A stretch of DNA of 64,000 bases from Amphiscolops sp. MND2022 (GCA_964187785.1 OZ076409.1:16370001-16434000), one strand, 5' to 3'. Positions 1-9,961 are shown, counted from the first letter of the stretch. Numbers and translations: made by a program. The notes: generated by a model from the sequence alone, not told the origin.

Positions 1-1
1 A

Positions 2-3000
2 GAATTACTTGACAAGAACCAATGTTCCCTAACAATTCGAGACAAAAAATCGGATTCAATAATTATAAATACTTATGTGAATCCAAAACAGTACAATTTT
101 CAGCCTCTCAAAGATACTATTGAAACACTAGAACTAACATGTGATCAAACTATTTATATGGGAGGGGATTTCAATGCCATCGATCCTTCAGATATCAATG
201 AAGAAAACAAAACGTTCAATATGACTGTAAAATCAAATGATATTCGACTATTGCGATCCAAAAAACTAATACATTTGAACTCAAGTCTCCTTCTGATAGA
301 TCTTGCGCAACTCTTACAGAATCGCCAACCAACGCATTTTGAAACACGGTCTGGAAAACAAAGCCGCATCGATTATATTTTTAGTAATAACCAAAATCTC
401 ACCATCGAAAAAAAACAGGATCGAAACATTGCCCTTTGCTTTTTCCGACCACAAATGCCTCCACCTTTTTCGAAATAGCAACTATCAGTATTCTCAAAAA
501 CTTTGGAAGCTCGATAACATTGTATTTAACTATCCGGAGAAAGTGAAGGAAATACTAGAAACATCTAAAGTCGCATCCGAAAAATTTGGGAACATTGTGT
601 CTTGTCATGATATCTTTAAAGCGAAATTAAGAGATCAACTAAAATACCTTAGTGCTACAAGCAGGAAGATGCTAGTGAAACAAAAAGAAAAAATTCAGAT
701 GGATATTGAAAAACTTGAAGAAAATGGTTCTAAGGGAAATTGTTCTGACCAACAGATCAAACAGAACTTAGAGCACCTGACATGCCTCAAAAATAATCTT
801 CAATTGATCAAAAATGAAGAATCTGAAAATTCATTTCAACAAATCAAAAAATTCTTCAGGGAAGCCAATGATGGAAACACAAAAAATATCAAATGCTTAG
901 CAAAAGCCTCAAGCTTAGCTAAGGATATCAAAAAGATTGAAAAACAAGATGGATCATTCACAGAAGATCCTGACGAAATTTTAAATGAATTCAAATCTTT
1001 TTATGAGAAACTTAGCCAACCAAAATGGAAACCAACAGAAACATCCTCGAAATCTCAGGATAAATTCATTGAAAAGTTTTTTAAACAAAAAAGGAAAAGC
1101 ATTGAAAACATTGAAAAATTGTTCAAAGAAACGTTGGAGGACCCCGACAACGAAATCACAGTATATGAAGTTGAAAAAGCTATCTCTAAACTGAACTCAA
1201 ACAGTGCTCCTGGATCGGATGGACTTACAAGTCAATTATACCAAAACCACAAAAACTTTTTTGCCCCGTATCTTTCAAATCTATTTAATAAAATCAATGA
1301 AAATGGAGAAGTTCCGGACTCATTTAAACATGCAATCATCAAAGTAATTCCTAAGAAGAATAATTCACTGAAGGTATCCGAATTTCGGCCAATTAGTCTC
1401 ATTAATACGGATCAAAAAATTCTTTCTCATGTTCTAGCAGAAAGACTTAAACCTATTTTATCAATATTAATTGGTAATCATCAAAACGCTCATTTACCAA
1501 ATAGAAATATACACATTGCCATACAAAAAATTCAGCATTACGCCCATGAAACTACTCGTAGTCAATCACTTATCGCTATTGACTTCAGTAAAGCTTGCGA
1601 CTGTGTAGAGCGTAGCTTTTTACAAAAACTGATTGAAAAAAGTCCAATCGATAAATTTACTCAAGAAATGATTTTACTTACGTACAAGGATACTTATGCT
1701 TTCATTGGAATGAAAAATGGAATTTCCACAAAATTCAAAATAGATAGAGGGGTGAGACAAGGCTGTCCTCTCTCAGCATTGATTTTCAATCTTTGCCTCG
1801 AACCTCTTCTACAAAGAATTCAAAAATCAAAATACATAAAATCAAAACAACAAACAAAATGTATCGCCTACGCAGATGATATAACGATCAGCCTCTACAA
1901 CAAATCTCTTCGGAAGCTATTGATAATATTGGATCATTTTCACGAAATAGCAGGCTTAGAAGTTAATTTAGCCAAAACTGAAATCCTTTCGAAAGCGGAC
2001 AAATTCTTTGTATCGGAAAAACTAACAAGAGTTACCACAACAAAAATTCTTGGAGTTTACATTTCGCTGAATAAAACTCTCAAAAAAGAAACCAAGAACG
2101 CAATAACGAATGCTTTTAACTCAGCAGAAAAATTCATATTAAAAAATAGTTCGTTCCGCGCGAGAGCTAGAAATATTGAGACTTTTATCTACTTGAAATT
2201 AATTCATCATCTGAGACACGAAAATTTGTATAAAAAGTTTCTTCGAAAAGTTCAATCGAAAATAATAGATGTTTTCTGGCTGTACAAAAAACACAATGTT
2301 AAAAAAGAAATTCTTGAGCTACCAATTGAAGAGGGCGGAGTAAACCTCAAGAACTTCTCAAAATACTACCTAACTGCCAAGATTATGAACTTGAAGTTTC
2401 TAGCGGTTAACCCAAAGGAGAGAAAATACATACAAGAATTAAAGAAATCAAAATTTTTTTCAGAATTAGAAAAACACTTCGAAAAGGAACACATTGAAAT
2501 CCTGGAACTGAAACCAGAAGAATTTACAATCCAACATCATTTCACCACGCTTAATATAACAAAAGAGACAACTTCGAAAGAAATTTACACTTTTTTGAAC
2601 AACTCCTCAATAAACGTCCCACCGTCTCTAAAAACTGAAGTCACAGCAACAAAACAAAATATAGCATCCGAAATTTTAAACTCAGTTACAAAGAACATCT
2701 GGAAAAACAAAAAACTCACTTCGTTTGATAAAAACTATCTTTACTGCTTCCTAATGAACTCGTATCTAGATAAACAAGACAAGTGGCTCAAAAATCTTGT
2801 TCTCCAACCACTATGTTTCGCATGTGAAGCAGAATTTGAAACATGGGACCATTTAATGTTTTCGTGTAAAAAATTGAAAACGTTAACAATGAAGTTAAAC
2901 GTTTTTTCATGGAAGGAAATATGGCTTGATCGAAGTTGTCTCTCTCAAAAACTCCTTGTAGCAATAATGCTCTCGTCGTGGACGGAATCAATTGGAGACT

Positions 3001-3068
3001 ACTTAAAATATTTTTTAGAACGAATGAAAGTAATACTAATGCCAGTTGCAAATCTATCTGATAATTGA
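2..3068 (+). CDS. ORF2 (AP endonuclease + reverse transcriptase + zinc knuckle), 5'-incomplete, with a +1 frameshift at A8 408-415
   Basis: Frame 2 is open from base 2 with APE motifs INTYVNP, GGDFN, SRIDYIF. Frame 3 continues with SDH, then RT motifs SAPGSDG, FRPISLIN, DFSKACD, GVRQGCPLS, YADD (1869-1880) and CxxC-x8-H-x4-C (2814-2867). Stop at 3068. Confidence 0.9.
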
Positions 3069-3090
3069 AGATATGATGCGATTCTAATCT

Positions 3091-3096
3091 AATAAA
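3091..3096 (+). promoter_or_regulatory. Candidate polyadenylation signal of the retrotransposon
   Basis: AATAAA 22 nt after the ORF2 stop and about 20 nt before an A6 run; the context is AT-rich. Confidence 0.4.
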
Positions 3097-3159
3097 TTTC
3101 ATATTGATCTTTTGTAAAAAAGGGATTGATATTATTCATGATTAATTGAATTTTTGAAA

Positions 3160-3270
3160 GCCTAATTGTTGTGATAAACTTATTAAATAGGTAAGTATTC
3201 CAACCCTATTGATAAGTTTTATTTGAAAGCAGACTGCGAAAGTGGTCTGCTGCCCAATTTTTGAACAAGG
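3160..3270 (+). ncRNA. Spliced-leader (SL) RNA gene, copy 1 (normal upstream region replaced by retroelement-side sequence); both ends are inferred
   Basis: Leader 3160-3190 ending AG|GTAAGT. Stem AAACTTATTAAATAGG/CCTATTGATAAGTTT spans the donor. Hairpin AGCAGACTGC-GAAA-GTGGTCTGCT at 3228-3251. Sm site AATTTTTGA at 3256-3264. Confidence 0.88.
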
Positions 3271-3358
3271 AACAAGCTAGTCTGCACTAACTTAAAAGTT
3301 ACGCGTATTTTGACCGAGAAAATTTTCGTATCATTGTACGTAATTTTGTTGTTAAGCA

Positions 3359-3364
3359 TATAAA
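3359..3364 (+). promoter_or_regulatory. TATA-like box upstream of 5S (repeated in each unit)
   Basis: TATAAA at -27..-22 relative to 5S +1. Confidence 0.6.
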
Positions 3365-3385
3365 GCTATTGATTCTACAATGATC

Positions 3386-3504
3386 GGCTACGACCATACT
3401 ATGTTGAATGCACCGGTTCTCGTCCGATCACCGAAGTTAAACAACATAGGGCCTGGTTAGTACTTGGATGGGAGACCGCTTGGGAACACCAGGTGTTGTA
3501 GCCT
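3386..3504 (+). rRNA. 5S rRNA: 5S rRNA copy 1 (C15T variant)
   Basis: GGCTACGACCATAC...CCGATC...GGTTAGTACTTGGATGGGAGACC...GTAGCC; helix I closure, box A and box C, T6 terminator. Confidence 0.98.
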
Positions 3505-3509
3505 TTTTT
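3504..3509 (+). terminator. Pol III oligo-T terminator of 5S (repeated in each unit)
   Basis: T6 directly after GTAGCC. Confidence 0.9.
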
Positions 3510-3514
3510 GTCAG

Positions 3515-3776
3515 AAATGTGGTTTAACTTCGGTGACAGTTTTGCAAAAGGGGTCAAATTGAAAAGATAGCAAAAAACGGACAACGCCATTAGAAAGAGC
3601 GTCCAAAAAAACCCCCATGCTGAAATTTTCGCCGCCATCACTTGAATTTTCATTGAGTTATGTCATTTTTACTATTTTCACAAAATGTGGTTTAACTTCG
3701 GTGACAGTTTTGCAAAAGGGGTCAAAATGAACAGATAGCAAAAAACGGACAACGGCACTGGAAAGAGGGCCCAAAA
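3515..3776 (+). repeat. Two ~94-bp imperfect direct subrepeats in the spacer, 168 bp apart (present in all units but one)
   Basis: AAATGTGGTTTAACTTCGGTGACAGTTTTGCAAAAGGGGTCAAA... at 3515-3608 and 3683-3776. Confidence 0.95.
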
Positions 3777-4063
3777 TTACCCCTAAAACGTGTTTTTCAC
3801 ACTCCTGAGTCGACTTTTGATAATACATGGAATTTCATTTTTAAGCTTACTAATTTATGCTTTTCAGCATACATTTTCGTAATAGAGTCAAAATTTTGCT
3901 TTCTCACAATTTTTCTGGAATATTTTTGTTTCATCAGATGTCAATAACTTGAAACGTCGTCTTTTCATGAGAATTTCTCCTCAAAACAAGTTGTTGGCTG
4001 GTAATGGTAAGTCCGTACCGCAGATAGGAGTCTCGCGCTCCAAAAATTGACTCTTTGCTTTTA

Positions 4064-4174
4064 GCCTAATTGTTGTGATAAACTTATTAAATAGGTAAGT
4101 ATTCCAACCCTATTGATAAGTTTTATTTGAAAGCAGACTGCGAAAGTGGTCTGCTGCCCAATTTTTGAACAAGG
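4064..4174 (+). ncRNA. SL RNA gene, copy 2; representative of the intact copies, which start 226 bp upstream of each 5S gene in standard units
   Basis: Same leader, donor, hairpin and Sm architecture as copy 1. Confidence 0.88.
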
Positions 4175-4289
4175 AACAAGCTAGTCTGCACTAACTTAAA
4201 AGTTACGCGTATTTTGACCGAGAAAATTTTCGTATCATTGTACGTAATTTTGTTGTTAAGCATATAAAGCTATTGATTCTACAATGATC

Positions 4290-4408
4290 GGCTACGACCA
4301 TACCATGTTGAATGCACCGGTTCTCGTCCGATCACCGAAGTTAAACAACATAGGGCCTGGTTAGTACTTGGATGGGAGACCGCTTGGGAACACCAGGTGT
4401 TGTAGCCT
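4290..4408 (+). rRNA. 5S rRNA: 5S rRNA
   Basis: Array copy. Confidence 0.98.
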
Positions 4409-5192
4409 TTTTTGTCAGAAATGTGGTTTAACTTCGGTGACAGTTTTGCAAAAGGGGTCAAATTGAAAAGATAGCAAAAAACGGACAACGCCATTAGAAA
4501 GAGCGTCCAAAAAACCCCCATGCTGAAATTTTCGCCGCCATCACTTGAATTTTCATTGAGTTATGTCATTTTTACTATTTTCACAAAATGTGGTTTAACT
4601 TCGGTGACAGTTTTGCAAAAGGGGTCAAAATGAACAGATAGCAAAAAACGGACAACGGCACTGGAAAGAGGGCCCAAAATTACCCCTAAAACGTGTTTTT
4701 CACACTCCTGAGTCGACTTTTGATAATACATGGAATTTCATTTTTAAGCTTACTAATTTATGCTTTTCAGCATACATTTTCGTAATAGAGTCAAAATTTT
4801 GCTTTCTCACAATTTTTCTGGAATATTTTTGTTTCATCAGATGTCAATAACTTGAAACGTCGTCTTTTCATGAGAATTTCTCCTCAAAACAAGTTGTTGG
4901 CTGGTAATGGTAAGTCCGTACCGCAGATAGGAGTCTCGCGCTCCAAAAATTGACTCTTTGCTTTTAGCCTAATTGTTGTGATAAACTTATTAAATAGGTA
5001 AGTATTCCAACCCTATTGATAAGTTTTATTTGAAAGCAGACTGCGAAAGTGGTCTGCTGCCCAATTTTTGAACAAGGAACAAGCTAGTCTGCACTAACTT
5101 AAAAGTTACGCGTATTTTGACCGAGAAAATTTTCGTATCATTGTACGTAATTTTGTTGTTAAGCATATAAAGCTATTGATTCTACAATGATC

Positions 5193-5311
5193 GGCTACGA
5201 CCATACCATGTTGAATGCACCGGTTCTCGTCCGATCACCGAAGTTAAACAACATAGGGCCTGGTTAGTACTTGGATGGGAGACCGCTTGGGAACACCAGG
5301 TGTTGTAGCCT
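5193..5311 (+). rRNA. 5S rRNA: 5S rRNA
   Basis: Array copy. Confidence 0.98.
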
Positions 5312-6096
5312 TTTTTGTCAGAAATGTGGTTTAACTTCGGTGACAGTTTTGCAAAAGGGGTCAAATTGAAAAGATAGCAAAAAACGGACAACGCCATTAG
5401 AAAGAGCGTCCAAAAAAACCCCCATGCTGAAATTTTCGCCGCCATCACTTGAATTTTCATTGAGTTATGTCATTTTTACTATTTTCACAAAATGTGGTTT
5501 AACTTCGGTGACAGTTTTGCAAAAGGGGTCAAAATGAACAGATAGCAAAAAACGGACAACGGCACTGGAAAGAGGGCCCAAAATTACCCCTAAAACGTGT
5601 TTTTCACACTCCTGAGTCGACTTTTGATAATACATGGAATTTCATTTTTAAGCTTACTAATTTATGCTTTTCAGCATACATTTTCGTAATAGAGTCAAAA
5701 TTTTGCTTTCTCACAATTTTTCTGGAATATTTTTGTTTCATCAGATGTCAATAACTTGAAACGTCGTCTTTTCATGAGAATTTCTCCTCAAAACAAGTTG
5801 TTGGCTGGTAATGGTAAGTCAGTACCGCAGATAGGAGTCTCGCGCTCCAAAAATTGACTCTTTGCTTTTAGCCTAATTGTTGTGATAAACTTATTAAATA
5901 GGTAAGTATTCCAACCCTATTGATAAGTTTTATTTGAAAGCAGACTGCGAAAGTGGTCTGCTGCCCAATTTTTGAACAAGGAAAAAGCTAGTCTGCACTA
6001 ACTTAAAAGTTACGCGTATTTTGACCGAGAAAATTTTCGTATCATTGTACGTAATTTTGTTGTTAAGCATATAAAGCTATTGATTCTACAATGATC

Positions 6097-6215
6097 GGCT
6101 ACGACCATACCATGTTGAATGCACCGGTTCTCGTCCGATCACCGAAGTTAAACAACATAGGGCCTGGTTAGTACTTGGATGGGAGACCGCTTGGGAACAC
6201 CAGGTGTTGTAGCCT
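6097..6215 (+). rRNA. 5S rRNA: 5S rRNA
   Basis: Array copy. Confidence 0.98.
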
Positions 6216-7000
6216 TTTTTGTCAGAAATGTGGTTTAACTTCGGTGACAGTTTTGCAAAAGGGGTCAAATTGAAAAGATAGCAGAAAACGGACAACGCCA
6301 TTAGAAAGAGCGTCCAAAAAAACCCCCATGCTGAAATTTTCGCCGCCATCACTTGAATTTTCATTGAGTTATGTCATTTTTACTATTTTCACAAAATGTG
6401 GTTTAACTTCGGTGACAGTTTTGCAAAAGGGGTCAAAATGAACAGATAGCAAAAAACGGACAACGGCACTGGAAAGAGGGCCCAAAATTACCCCTAAAAC
6501 GTGTTTTTCACACTCCTGAGTCGACTTTTGATAATACATGGAATTTCATTTTTAAGCTTACTAATTTATGCTTTTCAGCATACATTTTCGTAATAGAGTC
6601 AAAATTTTGCTTTCTCACAATTTTTCTGGAATATTTTTGTTTCATCAGATGTCAATAACTTGAAACGTCGTCTTTTCATGAGAATTTCTCCTCAAAACAA
6701 GTTGTTGGCTGGTAATGGTAAGTCCGTACCGCAGATAGGAGTCTCGCGCTCCAAAAATTGACTCTTTGCTTTTAGCCTAATTGTTGTGATAAACTTATTA
6801 AATAGGTAAGTATTCCAACCCTATTGATAAGTTTTATTTGAAAGCAGACTGCGAAAGTGGTCTGCTGCCCAATTTTTGAACAAGGAAAAAGCTAGTCTGC
6901 ACTAACTTAAAAGTTACGCGTATTTTGACCGAGAAAATTTTCGTATCATTGTACGTAATTTTGTTGTTAAGCATATAAAGCTATTGATTCTACAATGATC

Positions 7001-7119
7001 GGCTACGACCATACCATGTTGAATGCACCGGTTCTCGTCCGATCACCGAAGTTAAACAACATAGGGCCTGGTTAGTACTTGGATGGGAGACCGCTTGGGA
7101 ACACCAGGTGTTGTAGCCT
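7001..7119 (+). rRNA. 5S rRNA: 5S rRNA
   Basis: Array copy. Confidence 0.98.
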
Positions 7120-7678
7120 TTTTTGTCAGAAATGTGGTTTAACTTCGGTGACAGTTTTGCAAAAGGGGTCAAATTGAAAAGATAGCAAAAAACGGACAAC
7201 GCCATTAGAAAGAGCGTCCAAAAAAACCCCCATGCTGAAATTTTCGCCGCCATCACTTGAATTTTCATTGAGTTATGTCATTTTTACTATTTTCACAAAA
7301 TGTGGTTTAACTTCGGTGACAGTTTTGCAAAAGGGGTCAAAATGAACAGATAGCAAAAAACGGACAACGGCACTGGAAAGAGGGCCCAAAATTACCCCTA
7401 AAACGTGTTTTTCACACTCCTGAGTCGACTTTTGATAATACATGGAATTTCATTTTTAAGCTTACTAATTTATGCTTTTCAGCATACATTTTCGTAATAG
7501 AGTCAAAATTTTGCTTTCTCACAATTTTTCTGGAATATTTTTGTTTCATCAGATGTCAATAACTTGAAACGTCGTCTTTTCATGAGAATTTCTCCTCAAA
7601 ACAAGTTGTTGGCTGGTAATGGTAAGTCCGTACCGCAGATAGGAGTCTCGCGCTCCAAAAATTGACTCTTTGCTTTTA

Positions 7679-7920
7679 GCCTAATTGTTGTGATAAACTT
7701 ATTAAATAGGTAAGTATTCCAACCTTGGAATATTTCTTGCCTGTTTGAGGTGTGAATCACACTTACTTATCAATAGGGCCCAAAAGCCAGTAACCAAAAA
7801 CCAGTAACCAATAACCAACCTGTACTTACTGTTTGAAAGGTAAGTATTCCAACCCTATTGATAAGTTTTATTTGAAAGCAGACTGCGAAAGTGGTCTGCT
7901 GCCCAATTTTTGAACAAGGA
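7679..7920 (+). ncRNA. SL RNA gene with a 130-bp expansion (113-bp insert + 17-bp duplication)
   Basis: AGGTAAGTATTCCAACC at 7708-7724 and 7838-7854 flanks the insert at 7725-7837. Confidence 0.8.
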
Positions 7921-8034
7921 AAAAGCTAGTCTGCACTAACTTAAAAGTTACGCGTATTTTGACCGAGAAAATTTTCGTATCATTGTACGTAATTTTGTTG
8001 TTAAGCATATAAAGCTATTGATTCTACAATGATC

Positions 8035-8153
8035 GGCTACGACCATACCATGTTGAATGCACCGGTTCTCGTCCGATCACCGAAGTTAAACAACATAGGG
8101 CCTGGTTAGTACTTGGATGGGAGACCGCTTGGGAACACCAGGTGTTGTAGCCT
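8035..8153 (+). rRNA. 5S rRNA: 5S rRNA
   Basis: Array copy. Confidence 0.98.
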
Positions 8154-8938
8154 TTTTTGTCAGAAATGTGGTTTAACTTCGGTGACAGTTTTGCAAAAGG
8201 GGTCAAATTGAAAAGATAGCAAAAAACGGACAACGCCATTAGAAAGAGCGTCCAAAAAAACCCCCATGCTGAAATTTTCGCCGCCATCACTTGAATTTTC
8301 ATTGAGTTATGTCATTTTTACTATTTTCACAAAATGTGGTTTAACTTCGGTGACAGTTTTGCAAAAGGGGTCAAAATGAACAGATAGCAAAAAACGGACA
8401 ACGGCACTGGAAAGAGGGCCCAAAATTACCCCTAAAACGTGTTTTTCACACTCCTGAGTCGACTTTTGATAATACATGGAATTTCATTTTTAAGCTTACT
8501 AATTTATGCTTTTCAGCATACATTTTCGTAATAAAGTCAAAATTTTGCTTTCTCACAATTTTTCTGGAATATTTTTGTTTCATCAGATGTCAATAACTTG
8601 AAACGTCGTCTTTTCATGAGAATTTCTCCTCAAAACAAGTTGTTGGCTGGTAATGGTAAGTCCGTACCGCAGATAGGAGTCTCGCGCTCCAAAAATTGAC
8701 TCTTTGCTTTTAGCCTAATTGTTGTGATAAACTTATTAAATAGGTAAGTATTCCAACCCTATTGATAAGTTTTATTTGAAAGCAGACTGCGAAAGTGGTC
8801 TGCTGCCCAATTTTTGAACAAGGAAAAAGCTAGTCTGCACTAACTTAAAAGTTACGCGTATTTTGACCGAGAAAATTTTCGTATCATTGTACGTAATTTT
8901 GTTGTTAAGCATATAAAGCTATTGATTCTACAATGATC

Positions 8939-9057
8939 GGCTACGACCATACCATGTTGAATGCACCGGTTCTCGTCCGATCACCGAAGTTAAACAACAT
9001 AGGGCCTGGTTAGTACTTGGATGGGAGACCGCTTGGGAACACCAGGTGTTGTAGCCT
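8939..9057 (+). rRNA. 5S rRNA: 5S rRNA
   Basis: Array copy. Confidence 0.98.
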
Positions 9058-9842
9058 TTTTTGTCAGAAATGTGGTTTAACTTCGGTGACAGTTTTGCAA
9101 AAGGGGTCAAATTGAAAAGATAGCAAAAAACGGACAACGCCATTAGAAAGAGCGTCCAAAAAAACCCCCATGCTGAAATTTTCGCCGCCATCACTTGAAT
9201 TTTCATTGAGTTATGTCATTTTTACTATTTTCACAAAATGTGGTTTAACTTCGGTGACAGTTTTGCAAAAGGGGTCAAAATGAACAGATAGCAAAAAACG
9301 GACAACGGCATTGGAAAGAGGGCCCAAAATTACCCCTAAAACGTGTTTTTCACACTCCTGAGTCGACTTTTGATAATACATGGAATTTCATTTTTAAGCT
9401 TACTAATTTATGCTTTTCAGCATACATTTTCGTAATAGAGTCAAAATTTTGCTTTCTCACAATTTTTCTGGAATATTTTTGTTTCATCAGATGTCAATAA
9501 CTTGAAACGTCGTCTTTTCATGAGAATTTCTCCTCAAAACAAGTTGTTGGCTGGTAATGGTAAGTCCGTACCGCAGATAGGAGTCTCGCGCTCCAAAAAT
9601 TGACTCTTTGCTTTTAGCCTAATTGTTGTGATAAACTTATTAAATAGGTAAGTATTCCAACCCTATTGATAAGTTTTATTTGAAAGCAGACTGCGAAAGT
9701 GGTCTGCTGCCCAATTTTTGAACAAGGAAAAAGCTAGTCTGCACTAACTTAAAAGTTACGCGTATTTTGACCGAGAAAATTTTCGTATCATTGTACGTAA
9801 TTTTGTTGTTAAGCATATAAAGCTATTGATTCTACAATGATC

Positions 9843-9961
9843 GGCTACGACCATACCATGTTGAATGCACCGGTTCTCGTCCGATCACCGAAGTTAAACA
9901 ACATAGGGCCTGGTTAGTACTTGGATGGGAGACCGCTTGGGAACACCAGGTGTTGTAGCCT
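9843..9961 (+). rRNA. 5S rRNA: 5S rRNA
   Basis: Array copy. Confidence 0.98.

Larger units (their letters stand above)
1..3158 (+). mobile_element. Non-LTR retrotransposon (L1/Tx1-type, APE-RT), 5' part outside the window; 3' end either ~3121 (short A6 tail) or 3158 (array junction)
   Basis: ORF2-like protein with APE, RT and C-terminal CCHC motifs. AATAAA at 3091-3096, A6 at 3116-3121. Non-array sequence ends at 3158. Confidence 0.9.

Noticed and set aside
154..3102. Small ORFs 154-369(-), 985-1194(+) and 2788-3102(-), and the predicted N-terminus of 303-3068
   Set aside because: They are shadow frames of ORF2. The first ~35 aa of the 921-aa ORF lie before the frameshift and are out of frame.
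3229..3285. Alternative 7-bp pairing GCAGACT/AGTCTGC that would enclose the Sm site
   Set aside because: It is too short, weaker than the local GNRA hairpin, and may lie beyond the RNA 3' end.
4501..4520. A/C homopolymer length variants (903-bp unit; A8C4 at ~22550 and ~32755)
   Set aside because: They cannot be distinguished from sequencing error or simple slippage.
5182..5460. Repeated 92-aa minus-strand ORF (MKIQVMAAK...) in almost every unit
   Set aside because: It is the antisense reading of 5S rRNA plus spacer (the ...CSQAVSHPSTNQA... pattern), a known spurious-ORF artefact, and it is broken in variant units.
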